A DNA stretch of 55,557 nt, the filler included, from Sphacelaria rigidula (taxonomy: Eukaryota), in the NCBI GenBank assembly GCA_964200075.2. It is 5 parts of 5 records of this genome, joined end to end, with 100 filler letters (N's around TTAATTAATTAA, not from the genome) between each part and the next. Parts side by side here need not be neighbours in the genome. Positions count along the whole stretch, not along the records: positions 1 to 11,032 come from CAXNAA020005505.1; positions 11,133 to 22,164 come from CAXNAA020005506.1; 3 more parts are not named here. One strand, 5' to 3'. This document shows positions 1 to 11,902 of this stretch, piece after piece (position 1 is the stretch's first letter; every line of letters begins with the position of its first letter). The position numbers and the translations under genes are program-made. The notes below the pieces were generated by a model. It made no database searches and was not told the origin of the DNA. It saw only the letters and a program-made list of their open reading frames with translations.

Positions 1-1331
1 GGCTGGGGCGCTGGAACGTGTTTTCGAGGTGTTCAGCCAGCGTACAGCGCCGCGCCCCAAAACGAGAAATGCGCTACCCCTTTTTTTGCTCCGAAAGCAC
101 CAGGGTGTACCCTTTTTTGTATATTGCGAGGAGATATCAAGCCGCTTCATTTTCAGAAAAGTCTGAACGCAGAGTCTAAAAAGTCTGAAAAAATCTGAGA
201 TCTCGGAGGAAACAGCGTCGATAATAATGACCCTAGTTCATCACGTTCTTCCAGTGACGGCTCAGGTATCGTAGGAGACGTTCCTAGAAAAGCTCCAGCT
301 GAGCAAACATCCGTGCTGGAAAATATCATTTTTTTTTCGAGCAGTGGGTTTTGCACCGTGCACACCAGCTGAGTTTTGGATGAATCTAGACCTTGGGTGC
401 TACGTCCGGTATCGCACAGGCTGCACAGGCTTGTTGTCACTTGGCCCCCAAAAAGTGTCTCCGGCGCAAACAGGACGAACAGCAGGGAAAAGTATAATCA
501 GCAGGTTCCCGGAAGCCGTACAAACAATCCAGAATGCGCTGTGGGACTCTGATCACACATTCATACCCAACACGGGGTGATGACGGTACCCGTCGGCGGT
601 TTGGTACGAAAATCAAGACATCCGAATTCTTGCCTTCTTGTGCGGAAAAGTGGTGGGAGCGTAGCTGACATGGAGGCAACAACAATCATACCTGTTTTGG
701 GTCCCAAGTCGTCGCCGTTTGGAAGTCATGGCCAACAATAACCTCATGTAGGATATCTACAAAAAAGTGTCGAATTTCCCCGCCACTGAAAATCGACATG
801 TGAAAATCGACGTATTCATGTCTTGCTCGCTCGGTGATTGATAGTCGTCACCTGAAGTTCTGGGAATAGGAGCGCATCGACCGTTCGAACGCCACACTTG
901 GTGCAATTTTCAACAAAAGAAATGGAGATACAAATGCGGATGTTGGTGTCGAAAACTCCCCCAACCCTTCGACCCCCAAGCATGTCCAGTCGTTGAGCCG
1001 GCATCATTTTCACTCGAAGAATGATTGCCGGAAAGGTGTCCATCTGCGGTCGCTGGCAGGGTTTCACGGTTCGGACGAATCATCGCCGGTTGGAATCACC
1101 AAATCCACGATTTCTTAGGCCTGGTTGCTGGAAAGGGAGGAAAAAGTCGGCCGCTAGTCAAACAGGTCTTGACGTAACTTTTGCGCTATTCCACGTGCGT
1201 GGGCTGCGCGTAACTGCGTTGCAACGCTGGAAACAAAGACCAAGGATTGTTTCGTACGGTACGAATCATTTACACTAAAATGAAGTAATCTCCAGACGAA
1301 TAATTCATTCGTCCGACCCGTGAAGGGTTTA

Positions 1332-1584
1332 CACCCTCAGAGCGCCGGAAGCCTCAGATCGCCCTTGGATCGACCATTAGAAACGTGCACGAAAAACGGC
1401 GATTTCGGTCATATTCAAAACGCTATAAACGCGGGTTGGCGGTTCGGGACTCCGAATTTCCGCGGAACGGGTTACTATCAGGGGTAAGTGAGTGAGACAG
1501 AAGAATACTAAATCTGAGATGTACCATATCAACCATTTCTTGCAATTAAACTGAGACGATGAGGCAAGTGCGGCAGTGAGGGTG
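1332..1584. mobile_element. Short non-autonomous TIR element (Tc1/mariner-type MITE)
   Basis: Ends CACCCTCA.../...TGAGGGTG are inverted repeats, flanked by TA on both sides (1330-1331, 1585-1586); no coding capacity. Confidence 0.5.
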
Positions 1585-1602
1585 TACTCGTAAAGCTTGC
1601 AA

Positions 1603-2150
1603 GGTTGTGTTCTGTAGGGTACGGTGTTCTTTATACTAGGGGTATTTTCCGGTATTTACCGTACCCGACAGTTCTGTACTCTCTGGAAGACTTTCAGACT
1701 TCATGCCCCCACCCGATAGTCCTATAATCTCTGAAAGACTCCCGTACCGTTACTTTGGGGCACGGGTATGCTCTTGATAAGATACCCCGTTGCGGGTACG
1801 GTTTTCTGTGCAACCTCCATACCCTACCCGACAGTTTCTATGGTTCTGTAGCCTCCCATACCCCAACCCGACAGTTCTGTGAGTTCTGTACAAATATTTA
1901 CCCGCACCCGGAGCTTGGGTGTGCTCTTGAAGAAAAACCCGATTCCCGGGACGGTTTTTCTGTAAGCCTCCCATACAGTACCCGATAGGCTCTGTAATTT
2001 CTGTAAGACTTTCATCCAGTACTGGTACCCGACAGTTATGTGAGCTCTCTCACCCTCCCATACCCCTACCTGGGGTTAGGGTATACCATTATATGAGCAC
2101 AGGTATATACCTTGGGGAGGTACGGATATAGGTTCAATCCTAACACAACC
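1603..2150. mobile_element. Non-autonomous TIR element with internal ACCCGACAGTTCTGT subrepeats, copy 1
   Basis: GGTTGTGTT...AACACAACC termini; many internal copies of ACCCGACAGTTCTGT / CCTCCCATACC; collinear with copy at 2745-3234. Confidence 0.6.
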
Positions 2151-2744
2151 TCATGACCTGAACATGTACCTCCCGTCGATCCCCCCCCAACTCCTTCATT
2201 CATTCAAAACTGCACAACAACAACTCAATGTTGAAAAGTTCTTTGGTTTGGAATCTGACGGGATACCGCTGAGTGGAAACACGGAACATAAGCAGCACTG
2301 CAGACCGTCACGATGGATCACCCCCAGACTTGAGTGGTGGCTCGAGCGGGGGGCGGTTCATCTGCGCCACCAGGAGATCAAGTAGCAAGACGCACGTCAT
2401 CGATGTTGATGGTGGTTGTGTCGTTGTCATCAAATCCTAGGCCGTTATCAACATGTACAGTACAGAATATGAGCTGCGGAAGAAAGTCAAGACCATCGTC
2501 GATTTCGTTGCGGGCCGAAGGGCAGAGAACGGGCAGCCATGAGTGCTCCTTCATGTACTTTCTGGTAGTGTACGTGAGACCGATAGATGTTGACGGTCCT
2601 GTGCACATGTTCTGCTGCAATTGTTCGTGGAGTATTTTCTCTTTCTACTCCGTGCAGCCGTTTAGAGTTTTCGTGAACTGTCATCTTTTTTTCGCCGCTG
2701 TTGTAGTGACGTAAGTCCCACCACAGGGGTGGTGATAATACCAA

Positions 2745-3234
2745 GGTCGTGTTTTGTAGGGTACGGTTTTCTGTATACCCCGGGTATTTTGCCAGGTATT
2801 TACCGTACCCGACAGTTCTGTGACTTCTATAGGACTTTCATACCGGTACCCGACAGATCTGTAATCTCTGTAAGACCTTCATACCCCACCCGAAAGTTCT
2901 GTGAGTTCTGTAAGCCTCCCGTACCGTTACCGGGGGGCTCGGGTATGCTCTTGATATCGTACCCGCTTGCGGGTACGGTTTCCTGTGCAACCTCCATACC
3001 CTACCCAACAGTTTATGTGAGTTCTGTACAAAACCTTTACCCTAACCCGAGGGGCGGATATGCCCTAAACGACTTACCCGATTGCCGGTACCGGTTTTCT
3101 GTAAGCCTCCCATACCGTACCCAGCAAGTCCTGTAATTTCTGGAAGACTTTCATACCGGTACCCGACAGTTCTGTATTTCCTGTGAGGAATCTCATACCC
3201 TACAGAACGTATCGGTACCTTACAGAACATAACC
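2745..3234. mobile_element. Non-autonomous TIR element with internal ACCCGACAGTTCTGT subrepeats, copy 2
   Basis: GGTCGTGTTTTGTA...TACAGAACATAACC inverted termini; homologous to 1603-2150. Confidence 0.6.
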
Positions 3235-3270
3235 TTGAAAACTTCCACACCCTGTACAACTACAATGTTG

Positions 3271-3467
3271 GTTGTTTCTCCAACCACTAACTGTTCAGAA
3301 GCGTGAAGTGTGCGAAACTAACTGTTGTTTCCAAACAACTAACTGTTCAAAAGCGTGTGCACCTAGCTGTTTCCAAACAACTAACTGTTCAGAGTCGTGT
3401 GCAACTATTTGTTTCTAAACAAGTATCTGTTCAAAACCGTGTGGAACTAGTTGTTTCCAAACAACTA
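3271..3467. repeat. 42-bp tandem array with palindromic core TAGTTGTTT-CC-AAACAACTA
   Basis: Unit starts at 3324, 3366, 3408 and 3450 (period 42), plus a degenerate unit at 3271. Confidence 0.85.
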
Positions 3468-4474
3468 CCAGGTAGTTGGTCAACAAACAACTAACTTCAG
3501 TTGGTAATAGTTGGGAAAATGAAAACGCTGTATAGTAGTGGTATGAACTCGTATCTGTGCAGGACAGGGAGTTGGCCAGAAAGATCAGGCCAACCTATTC
3601 CTGGATGAAGGAAAATACACAAATATCCGCGAGCATGACACGTTCAACCACGGTTACCCTCCATCATCGAAACACAGACATGTTTGCTGGCCACCATCTG
3701 CTGCTGGTATAGTGGCGGCTGGTGGCACAGCTGCCGTTTGTTGCGCTTGGTATCTGGACCTAAAAGTTGACCATCTTTGCAGCCGCGGGCTTATGTGCGA
3801 AGGCTTGATGGCAACCCCAGTGTAACTTCCACTGGATGAGAGCGATGATGGAGAAAAACGCGCGGTCTCTTGTCCTGCATTATTGTATTTTGCAGAGGCG
3901 CCCCCCAATGGTTCACCGTCCACGCTTCGTCGCATAACACATCGCTTTAGGAAACACAGGGAAGCAATGGCCTCTGGCCAACGGTTGTGGGGTCGCCATT
4001 ACTCATCATCTCTTTTGCACCGCCCCATGCAGCGCGGCGTCATCATATATTTTCCGCAGATCGCTGTACTGCTCCATGCGAACTTCCATTCACGTCCTAC
4101 TATGCAGACAGTACGGTACTCGTACTGCACGTTCTTCACTTACTTTTTCACACATCCTAATGTGTGCAGAAAATACAATACTTACTGTCTGTATTGCACC
4201 TTGTTCAAATCTTCGCTGCAGTACATGGTTGCGCATATCCTGCGGGACTGATGGGCAAAATGTTTAACCGAAACGAGGATCGGCGCCTAAAGGGTCAAAT
4301 GGGGGGGGGGGGGGGGGTGGGCCATTTCTTACACAAAGTTCCCACTCAAACGGTCGTTGAAAGTAGCACCGTTCTTCTGAACGCGCTGCGCGGTATTNNN
4401 NNNNNNNGGAGAGAGGATGAAAGCAGAGGGGGGGGGGCGGCGAGGGGGGGAGGGGGGGGGGGGGGGGGGGGGTT

Positions 4475-4775
4475 GGGCCATTTCTTACACAAAGTTCCAC
4501 CTCAAATCGTCGTTGGAAGTAGCAACATTCGTTCGAACGTGCTTCGCAGTATTGATCCACCCGCGTTCATACCACTTTGACACCGTTTTTCACCCAAATA
4601 CAAGCCCACTGCGCGTGGTCAAGTCGTCTGACACACCTATGAACATACTTTTGTCGTGGAATCGAACACCCCCCTCCCTTATCGTAGCTCCGTCTCGACA
4701 GGGATGCGTGGTCAATGGTCAAACGACTAAGGCAAGCAACAAATGAGTACGCCCCCCCGCCTCCCTTATCGTAGC
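4475..4775. mobile_element. MITE-like repeat ending CCCTTATCGTAGC (related copies at about 17300-17529 and 22340-22558)
   Basis: Shared body ...TTTTACCCAAATACA...TGGAATCGAACACCC...TATCGTAGC in three places; the 17300 copy has GCTAGGATAGG...CCTATGGTAGC inverted ends. Confidence 0.55.
4689..4759 (+). mobile_element. Extremely 5'-truncated LINE (3' terminus only) with 16-bp TSD
   Basis: CCTCCCTTATCGTAGC is duplicated at 4673-4688 and 4760-4775; the insert matches the LINE 3' end at 32350-32420 and ends GAGTACGCCCCCCC. Confidence 0.75.
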
Positions 4776-7535
4776 ATCGCTCTTGAGTTCCTTTTTTGGT
4801 CTAGCAGTGGGGCCAGGTCGTACTGCGCCGTTCCGTAATGTTGTACTGTAGCGTATGGTATACTCCGTTTAATATGAGGTTGCACTGAACAACAGGGAAA
4901 CTACTGCACTATTATTCGGAGGCGTGAGACCCAGCGCGGAGTTGTTTCGCAGGCAGTATACACCACAGGGGAGAAGAAATGATTCATGTGAGGAGTATCT
5001 CAAACTCGAGGTCCCCGATATATTCGCCAGTATTGAGAACCCCGGGTCGGAGATACCTCAATAGCTCATCCTTTCCTGCGATGTATCCCCCTCCCTGACC
5101 CTGCGGGAAACGATCGCTTTGACACCCAGTAATTGCACGTTAGACTGGCAAATTCGATGTGAAAATGCTCGCTAGATATGGCACATACTTCGTGTAGGCG
5201 CCCCAGCTTGTCCCGATAAGTCTCTTCACCGCGGGCGCCGGAGCTCTCTTGTGGACGCTCTGAGTAAATTCTTGAGAAAAATGCATTTCACACCACCTGC
5301 AAAGAGTATTCGGCCCTTGCCTCGAAGCGAATTCGCGAGAGTACCTAGGCGGGCCTGGCGGTTCACAACAGTGGATTTACGCGGACACAGAACACCAAGC
5401 AGCTCTCCGATTCTCAGACCACTTGCCGAGTGATTTTACGTGAAAAATGAACAGGTTCGCACTCAGAACATGTCACAAATCTGTGGTGGATTTAGTATTG
5501 GGCAGTAGGTTGCTGTTTCGAGACTCGATCGAAAATGTACCTGTCAATCATCCGTTGGTGTAGCCAAACGATCTGAGATGACTTGATTTGCTTTGCGGTC
5601 CTTATTGTCTGCACACCAAACAAGGCGCTCGCACTAGCAGTCGACGCAGCTGAAACGAAATGACGTCCGCTCAACTAGCAACACCACAGTGTATGGTGGC
5701 AGTTGCTATGCAGCTTACGGTCTCGTGCCGGTGAGCCCGGACAGCTTGCGTTTCCTTCTGTGAGCCCCGTACCCTACAGTCATCACGGCAGTAGACTGCA
5801 GTACAGTCGGTCCACTACATGTAGTGAACCGCACATACATGGATTCAGTCACTTTCATGTCATTGTGGTGTGGATATGGAATACGTTTGGAACACGAAGC
5901 GTGAGGGAGTGTATATCCCTGCAGTTGTGATCGAATTGAAAAAAAATTAAACGGACCACAACCGCTGTACACACGTTTCGAACCACGACCCTAGCCCTGT
6001 GAAGGTGGTTCCGGGTCTTGACCGATACCCCCGTATCACGTATGCGTTTTTGTGCCAACGCGATTCGAAATCGTTGCCTAGATTGTCGTATGGGCTCAGA
6101 TTGAGTTGTTGGTGCAAGGATGATGCAAATGAATGTTTTGCTAGCGAGTTTTGCCAAGAGTTCTCGTCTCTCCGCTTTGGTGCGCAATGATGCGGCTCTT
6201 TGCAGGGACAAAGGAGCTTATCGAAAGAAGAAAATAATATTGAGTTGGCATTAGACACTCGAACGTCTTGCCCCCCGATCCCGTGTTTTCATTCCTGATC
6301 TGGGTGTAACTGTCTCTCAGGCCTTGATTTTACCTGTACGCTTAGCTGTACCAATGTGCCGTGAAGGCACGGTCCTCGTTGAGCACTTCACTGTCCAATA
6401 TAGTGGTGGAGCTGTCCAAAATAGTGGTGGAGGATAGAGTAGTTTGTTGGTGTATGCCCCGTATTTCAAATAGCGTGTCCAGATGATACTGTAAACCCTG
6501 CAATATGGTGCTCGTTCTACGGCACAAGAAGCTGAACCGTTGAGAAGTGTCTTCATGACTGAAAGGGTGGGGTGCTCCTGTTTTTGTTTTTTTTGCCGAG
6601 AGCGAACGACACGATCTGGTCTAGAATACTGTTGGGCTATAAACAAGTACAGGCTCCAGCGATCCACTTTTTGGAGCACGACTCTCTGTGAACGCCGTAA
6701 CGCGTGATGCACGCTCTACTTACCCAACATACGCGCTGCCTAAGTACATTAGGGCCATCTGGCTGAAGTTGTGGTTTTGGTTGGGTCAGGGGCTGGTTAG
6801 CGGAATGAGCGAGGTGAAATATTCCAGTCGTGCGAATTGTCAAAATCACGTGCAATGTCCCCCACGAATACTGAAACGCCAACGTCAAAGTGCGAGGTGA
6901 GGAGAATAAGTAGGTGTAACAGGTATCCATGATGCTCTTGACGCCAAGATCACATCGTCGACGGCTTCAACCGGTCGGTTGGCACACTATACGGTGAAAT
7001 ATATTGGGTAGAGCGTGGACTGCTTTGGGTCAAAATTCGTTTTGAGTAGGTGCACACTTTCTCGTATTGTTTGCCTTTCTGTATGGCTATCTTGTCGTCT
7101 CACTCATGGTTCCTAGATGATTCGAGCGGGGTCCTTTCTGACTCCGTTCTTCGGCTGTGGCTGATGATGCCTACGTGCGTTGAAGCACTCGTTTTTCCGT
7201 GGTATTTGTACAAACTGCACTTCTCACATGATAACGGCCGGAATGTTGTATGCCTACGATACGTGTGACCCCGTGACTATATTTCCCCGCTTTCTCACTA
7301 TTTCGCCAAGATCGTAGGTTTGTTGTTTTTATCCTTGCTCCAGTTTCGCCGGTGGGACAAGCATGTATGCAGGGCACCTGTTGTATGCTGATCACGGCGC
7401 CGGTCGTGGTTGCACAGACCGCCGCATGGCTGTACCAGTTGCAGGCCAATCGTCCATACCAGAGCATGGCAAACTCGCTTTTATAAACCCCCACGGTTTG
7501 GCCCACCTTTTTGTGTTTCGGCCTCTTCCCTGCAG

Positions 7536-8924
7536 GACTTCACTGTGGTGAATATGCCAGCACTCTCGCCAACGATGGAACGTGGAACCGTTACTCAGTG
7601 GCTCAAGCAACCGGGAGACGCCCTGTCAGCGGGCGATGTAATTTGCGAAGTAGAAACAGACAAGGCCACCGTCGCGTTCGATGTGCAGGATGACGGTGTC
7701 TTGGCCAAAATTATCTCCGATGCCACCACGGGTGAAGTAGCCGTGGGTGATCCCGTGGCGATCGTTGTGGAAGATAGCGACGCATATGCGGTATTCACCA
7801 AGGCCGATGCCGCCGGGGACGTAAAACTCGGTGCGGCGGCGGCAGCAGAAGCGGCAGGCAGCGGTGCGGACGCCAGTGCAGATTCAAGCACGGCGGTGGC
7901 CGGGGCGGCGGCAGCGGGGAGTGCCGGAGGTGTTCAGCGAACAGTTCCGGCGGAGTTTTTGTACGCACCGTCCGCGCGGCACCTAGCGCAGAGCAAGGGA
8001 ATCGATGCCAGTGCGTTGGAAGGTACGGGTAAAGGGGGACGCATCACCAAGGCTGACCTTGTGAGTGCACTGGAACGGGGGGTCAAGTTTCCAGCTCTGG
8101 ACACCCCGGCGGCGGCGGCGGCGGCAGCACCACCGCAAGCAGCAACGTCGGCGACGGCGGAGGTGCCTAAAGCGGCTGCAATGCCGGTGACGGCAGCGGC
8201 AGTTGCAGCGCCAGCGGTATCATCGAGCAGCAGCGAGGATTACGTAGACCACCCTGCGAACAACATAAAGAAGATAACGGCGAAGCGGCTGACGCAGTCC
8301 AAATCAGAGGTCCCCCACCTGTACGTGTCGATGGCATGCGAGGTAGACAGCCTGATGGCCCTTCGCAAAACTCTGCAGAAGGAGCACGACATTAAGGTAT
8401 CCGTGAATGATATCATAATCCGGTCGGCCGCCCTGGCGCTCCGCGACGTGCCGGAGGCCAATGCGATGTGGACGAATGGGGTCAGGCGCGAGGGAGATTC
8501 GATCGATGTGTCTGTCGCCGTAGCCACACCGACGGGCCTCATTACCCCCATCGTTGCCGACGCGGATAAGCGTGGATTAACGAATATCAGCGGGAAGGTC
8601 CGAGATCTCGCCACCCGCGCGCGCGACAAGCAGCTGAAGCCGGAGGAGTTTCAGGGTGGGAGTTTTACCGTATCCAACTTGGGAATGTTCGGGATTAACG
8701 AGTTTTCGGCCGTGATCAACATGCCGCAGGCATGTATCCTTGCGGTTGGTGGCGGCGTGCCGACGGTAAAGCCAGGAAAGGCAAAAGGGGATAAGCCCCG
8801 CGTTTGCTCCGAGGTTACGGTGAGGCTCTCGGCCGACCGGCGAGTGGTGGACGAGGCATGTGCCGCGCAGCTTCTCCAGACATTCAAGCATTACATGGAG
8901 ACGCCTGAACTCTTGCTCATGTAG
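7536..8924 (+). CDS. Pyruvate dehydrogenase complex E2-family protein (dihydrolipoamide acetyltransferase paralogue, E3BP/PDHX-like); long terminal exon
   Basis: Lipoyl domain (MPALSPTM...EVETDKATV), Ala-rich linkers, peripheral-subunit-binding domain (PSARHLAQSKGID...GTGKGGRITKAD), 2-oxoacid acyltransferase core (GGSFTVSNLGMFGI). Polypyrimidine tract plus CAG acceptor at 7533-7535 in frame with GAC at 7536; stop TAG ends at 8924. 5' exon(s) unresolved; a phase-compatible donor CCG|gtgagc lies at 5730/5731. Confidence 0.92.
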   Translation, partial: DFTVVNMPALSPTMERGTVTQWLKQPGDALSAGDVICEVETDKATVAFDVQDDGVLAKIISDATTGEVAVGDPVAIVVEDSDAYAVFTKADAAGDVKLGAAAAAEAAGSGADASADSSTAVAGAAAAGSAGGVQRTVPAEFLYAPSARHLAQSKGIDASALEGTGKGGRITKADLVSALERGVKFPALDTPAAAAAAAPPQAATSATAEVPKAAAMPVTAAAVAAPAVSSSSSEDYVDHPANNIKKITAKRLTQSKSEVPHLYVSMACEVDSLMALRKTLQKEHDIKVSVNDIIIRSAALALRDVPEANAMWTNGVRREGDSIDVSVAVATPTGLITPIVADADKRGLTNISGKVRDLATRARDKQLKPEEFQGGSFTVSNLGMFGINEFSAVINMPQACILAVGGGVPTVKPGKAKGDKPRVCSEVTVRLSADRRVVDEACAAQLLQTFKHYMETPELLLM

Positions 8925-10139
8925 GACGTTTTCGCGTCATTGCAGATAATCCCATAGGAGCTACAGTGTGTGACGTTTTTTGTGCAAAAATGCCGTTCCG
9001 TACCTTGTGCTTGTTAACCTGACTCTTTGCCTTGGGCATGTCTGAGTGCTGTGCGCACAAGAACGCTTTAGGCCCCGTTTGGTAGCTCGAATGTAAGATT
9101 CAATTGGTGGGTCATGCGTGTACCTTTCCGTGCAATGGCGGGATTGGTATATTGTATTCGAGTCGGACATAAGGAAAATTATATTTATACCCCCCTGCGT
9201 CTGTTTCTCACGATTTATATTGAAGCCACATGCTTGCCTTGCACAATCCAGCGCCAGCTGTAATGGTCAACGATTCGACTGCCCGACATGCTTCACGTGC
9301 ATGGGAAAGTTTTGCTCGATATCACGTCGTGCGCAAGTAGCGAAGGCAACCATTCACGGTTCCCAGCGTTAGTTGACTATGAGTGTTATATGTGAGGAAA
9401 TTTCGCCGCATTTCCTCGCGTACTACGAATTGACTCTGACCATTTGTAGTTCTGGTCGTCGTTCATTCGACGGTTATCCGCAGATTAGCTTGATATCGCA
9501 ATAAAGTTTGTTCCTGTACCGAAAAGTTGGAAAAAGGGACCTGAGACAGACGTCGCGACAGAAGGAAACTGTGTAACGATATTGATGACACAGCGCAATC
9601 AGAACATTGCTGATTATGCCGAATGTCTGTTGTTATCATGCCTCGTTCTGCACTGAGGGGTTTAATTTTATCAACTCCACGTGGGCCACTACATTTTCCG
9701 TGAAAAAAATGGAGAAGGGGGGCGTTTGTTTTCATGATGACTTTGGTCCACACGCTACAGTCTAGTTTTCATCGCACTGGGCCATGTAACAGCACCACAG
9801 GCCCCTGATGTCATTATGGTCACCCCATTCAGAGCAAAATTGTGTGGTCGGAGTAGTACAGTCGTGATGGAAGCAGTGATTGAGACTGTGCGTGCGCAAC
9901 ACCCCGTAAAACAAGCAATACTAGCGCTCATTGGTCCCAAGTACTAAAGAAAAAATTCTTTATTGCGGTTCCAATTTCACGCAGACCTACTGTCATGAGA
10001 GTCTTTCAAAATGCCTGTTTGAAACTGCCGTTTTGGCCCTTCGTCGTCGTTTGACGCCTAAGAAGAGGCTGGGCGGATGTTGACGCCTTGGAATGACTTC
10101 CTCTACTCGTTGAGACCGTTCTAGGGCAACTTTGCATTC

Positions 10140-10439
10140 AACAATGTTTTCTTGAAATTGAGAGTAGAGGATATGATTGAGAATGAGGAGCGGTCAATGA
10201 TTGAATGAATCCTTTCAGTTCCGAAATGCACCTCCGCGAGGCCCGATATTCTTTCTGTAGTCGCTTGCCACTGAGGCCCTTGATATCCCCGAGTAGGATG
10301 TTGACGTGTAGCTGTAGGCACACGGGAGTGATGGAGACAAAGAATAGCATACAGGGAATGAAAAATTGGCTACGTTAAAGCGAATGATCCAAGCCACTCT
10401 CAATCCGTGCTCTACTCTCAATCTCACGAAAACGTTGTT
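10140..10439. mobile_element. 300-bp MITE with ~30-bp TIR AACAACGTTTTCGTGAGATTGAGAGTAGAG
   Basis: Inverted termini; ATTC duplicated at 10136-10139 and 10440-10443; removing it restores GCATTCCCCGCTGG, seen intact in reverse at about 14900-14920. Confidence 0.8.
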
Positions 10440-11032
10440 ATTCCCCGCTGGCTGCACTTTTACTTTTGGCCAAACACGAATTTCATTGAAAAACGGTGAA
10501 GCGATAAAAAAACAGTAAAAAAACGGGGAGGTTTTGGTCACCTGAAAATGCCCGTAACTCATGAAAAAAAACACTTTTGGTAGCGAAGTATTTTTTTTTA
10601 TGCCCTATGCACTGTCCATACCAAATTTCAGGGTCCAACTCTAAATGTATAAAAGAGCATTGGCCTATCAAATACCGGGTCGGTAGGAATTCGGAACAGT
10701 ATTTCGCAGGCCACTCACCGGCCCACGTTTGGTTTTCGTGGATTGAAATTTGGTATGGGCGCTCTCTAAGGCTTATTCAACAAAAAAGAGTGGGTCAGGT
10801 TGATTTTTTTCAATTTTTTCACTGGTTTAGGGCGTTCTACTATGGTGAAGACCATTTTTTCACGAAAACGCCCCAACCTCTATTTTAAAAAAAACAAACG
10901 AAGGCCCATTTTGATTTTATTTTATTCGGCACTCTTTTGTGGTTCTCCACACCAACATTCAACAGGGTTGCCAGAAAAATGAGAACGGATTTTGAAATGA
11001 GAATCAACCGCTCCCCGGGATTGTGTCCATTT

Positions 11033-11132
11033 NNNNNNNNNNNNNNNNNNNNNNNNNNNNNNNNNNNNNNNNNNNNTTAATTAATTAANNNNNNNNNNNN
11101 NNNNNNNNNNNNNNNNNNNNNNNNNNNNNNNN
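11033..11132. other. Artificial contig linker N44-TTAATTAATTAA-N44 (also 22165-22264, 33296-33395, 44427-44526)
   Basis: Identical 100-nt spacers with stops in all six frames, separating pieces of 11032/11032/11031/11031/11031 bp. Confidence 0.97.
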
Positions 11133-11902
11133 TTTTGTTTCTCTCAGTTTTGTTCTTGAGATGGTGTTTTTGGGGGAGAAGGGGGGGGGGGGGTGGGGGG
11201 GGGCGATGATGTGAATGCACTTCCCCCTACCCTTTTTAGCAGGCGCGACCCCCGAGAGACCCAGTTTGCTTTTCGAAAGTATCGGCTTACCAGGTCGCGT
11301 TTCCGATACTCGTACAGTTCTGAGAGTTGCCGAAAACCGCGATCGATACTCGATATTTCGATACAGTACACGGTTTTCAACACTGAGGCCAACTCTTACG
11401 GGAGCGTATGGAATTTATTTTGCAACAATTTCAGAGGAGTTATTTTTCTTCTTTGTCATCATGGTGAACGGGCATACAAACACAACTACAGCAAAGAAAA
11501 AAAAAAGTCGTTCAAAATTAATGCAAAATAAAATTCTTAACGCTCCCATAAGAATTTGCCTGAGGCCGTGTCGTAGGCCAACTCTAATCGGAGCCGTTCG
11601 AAATTCTAGTCGAAAACTGGCTTTTGGGCCCTTCTCCGTCGATTTATTGTGCGCTCGAAAAGATGGCTAGACGGATGTTGACGCATTGGAATGATTTGCT
11701 CTACTCGTTGGGACCGTTCTAGGGCAACTCTGCATTTCCCGCTGGCTGGACTTTGGTTTTTGACCAAATCAGGCCAAACAGGAATTTTCAGTGAAAATCG
11801 ATCAGGTGTACAGCCTGGTATTATACCAATTTTCCGAGATATAGTGTATCTATATATCCCCCTCCTGAAAAAGGTGATATGTCATAAAAGTTGATATATT
11901 TG

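Noticed and set aside
150..1327. Possible 3' end of a piggyBac-like element (ends ...GTGAAGGG) with Cys-containing frames
   Set aside because: No recognisable transposase motif, no intact TTAA, and the other end is outside the contig.
4318..4552. Direct duplication of ~80 bp around a short N gap
   Set aside because: Flanked by poly(G) and Ns; may be an assembly artefact.
5850..7270. Degenerate minus-strand frames vaguely resembling a DNA transposase
   Set aside because: No diagnostic motif could be read with confidence.
7410..7535. ORF-track N-terminus (TTG start) of the E2-like protein
   Set aside because: Non-ATG start in a eukaryote; the segment ends in a pyrimidine tract plus CAG and is best read as intron.
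11077..11088. TTAATTAATTAA motif repeated four times at regular spacing
   Set aside because: Synthetic six-frame-stop linker within N padding, not biological.
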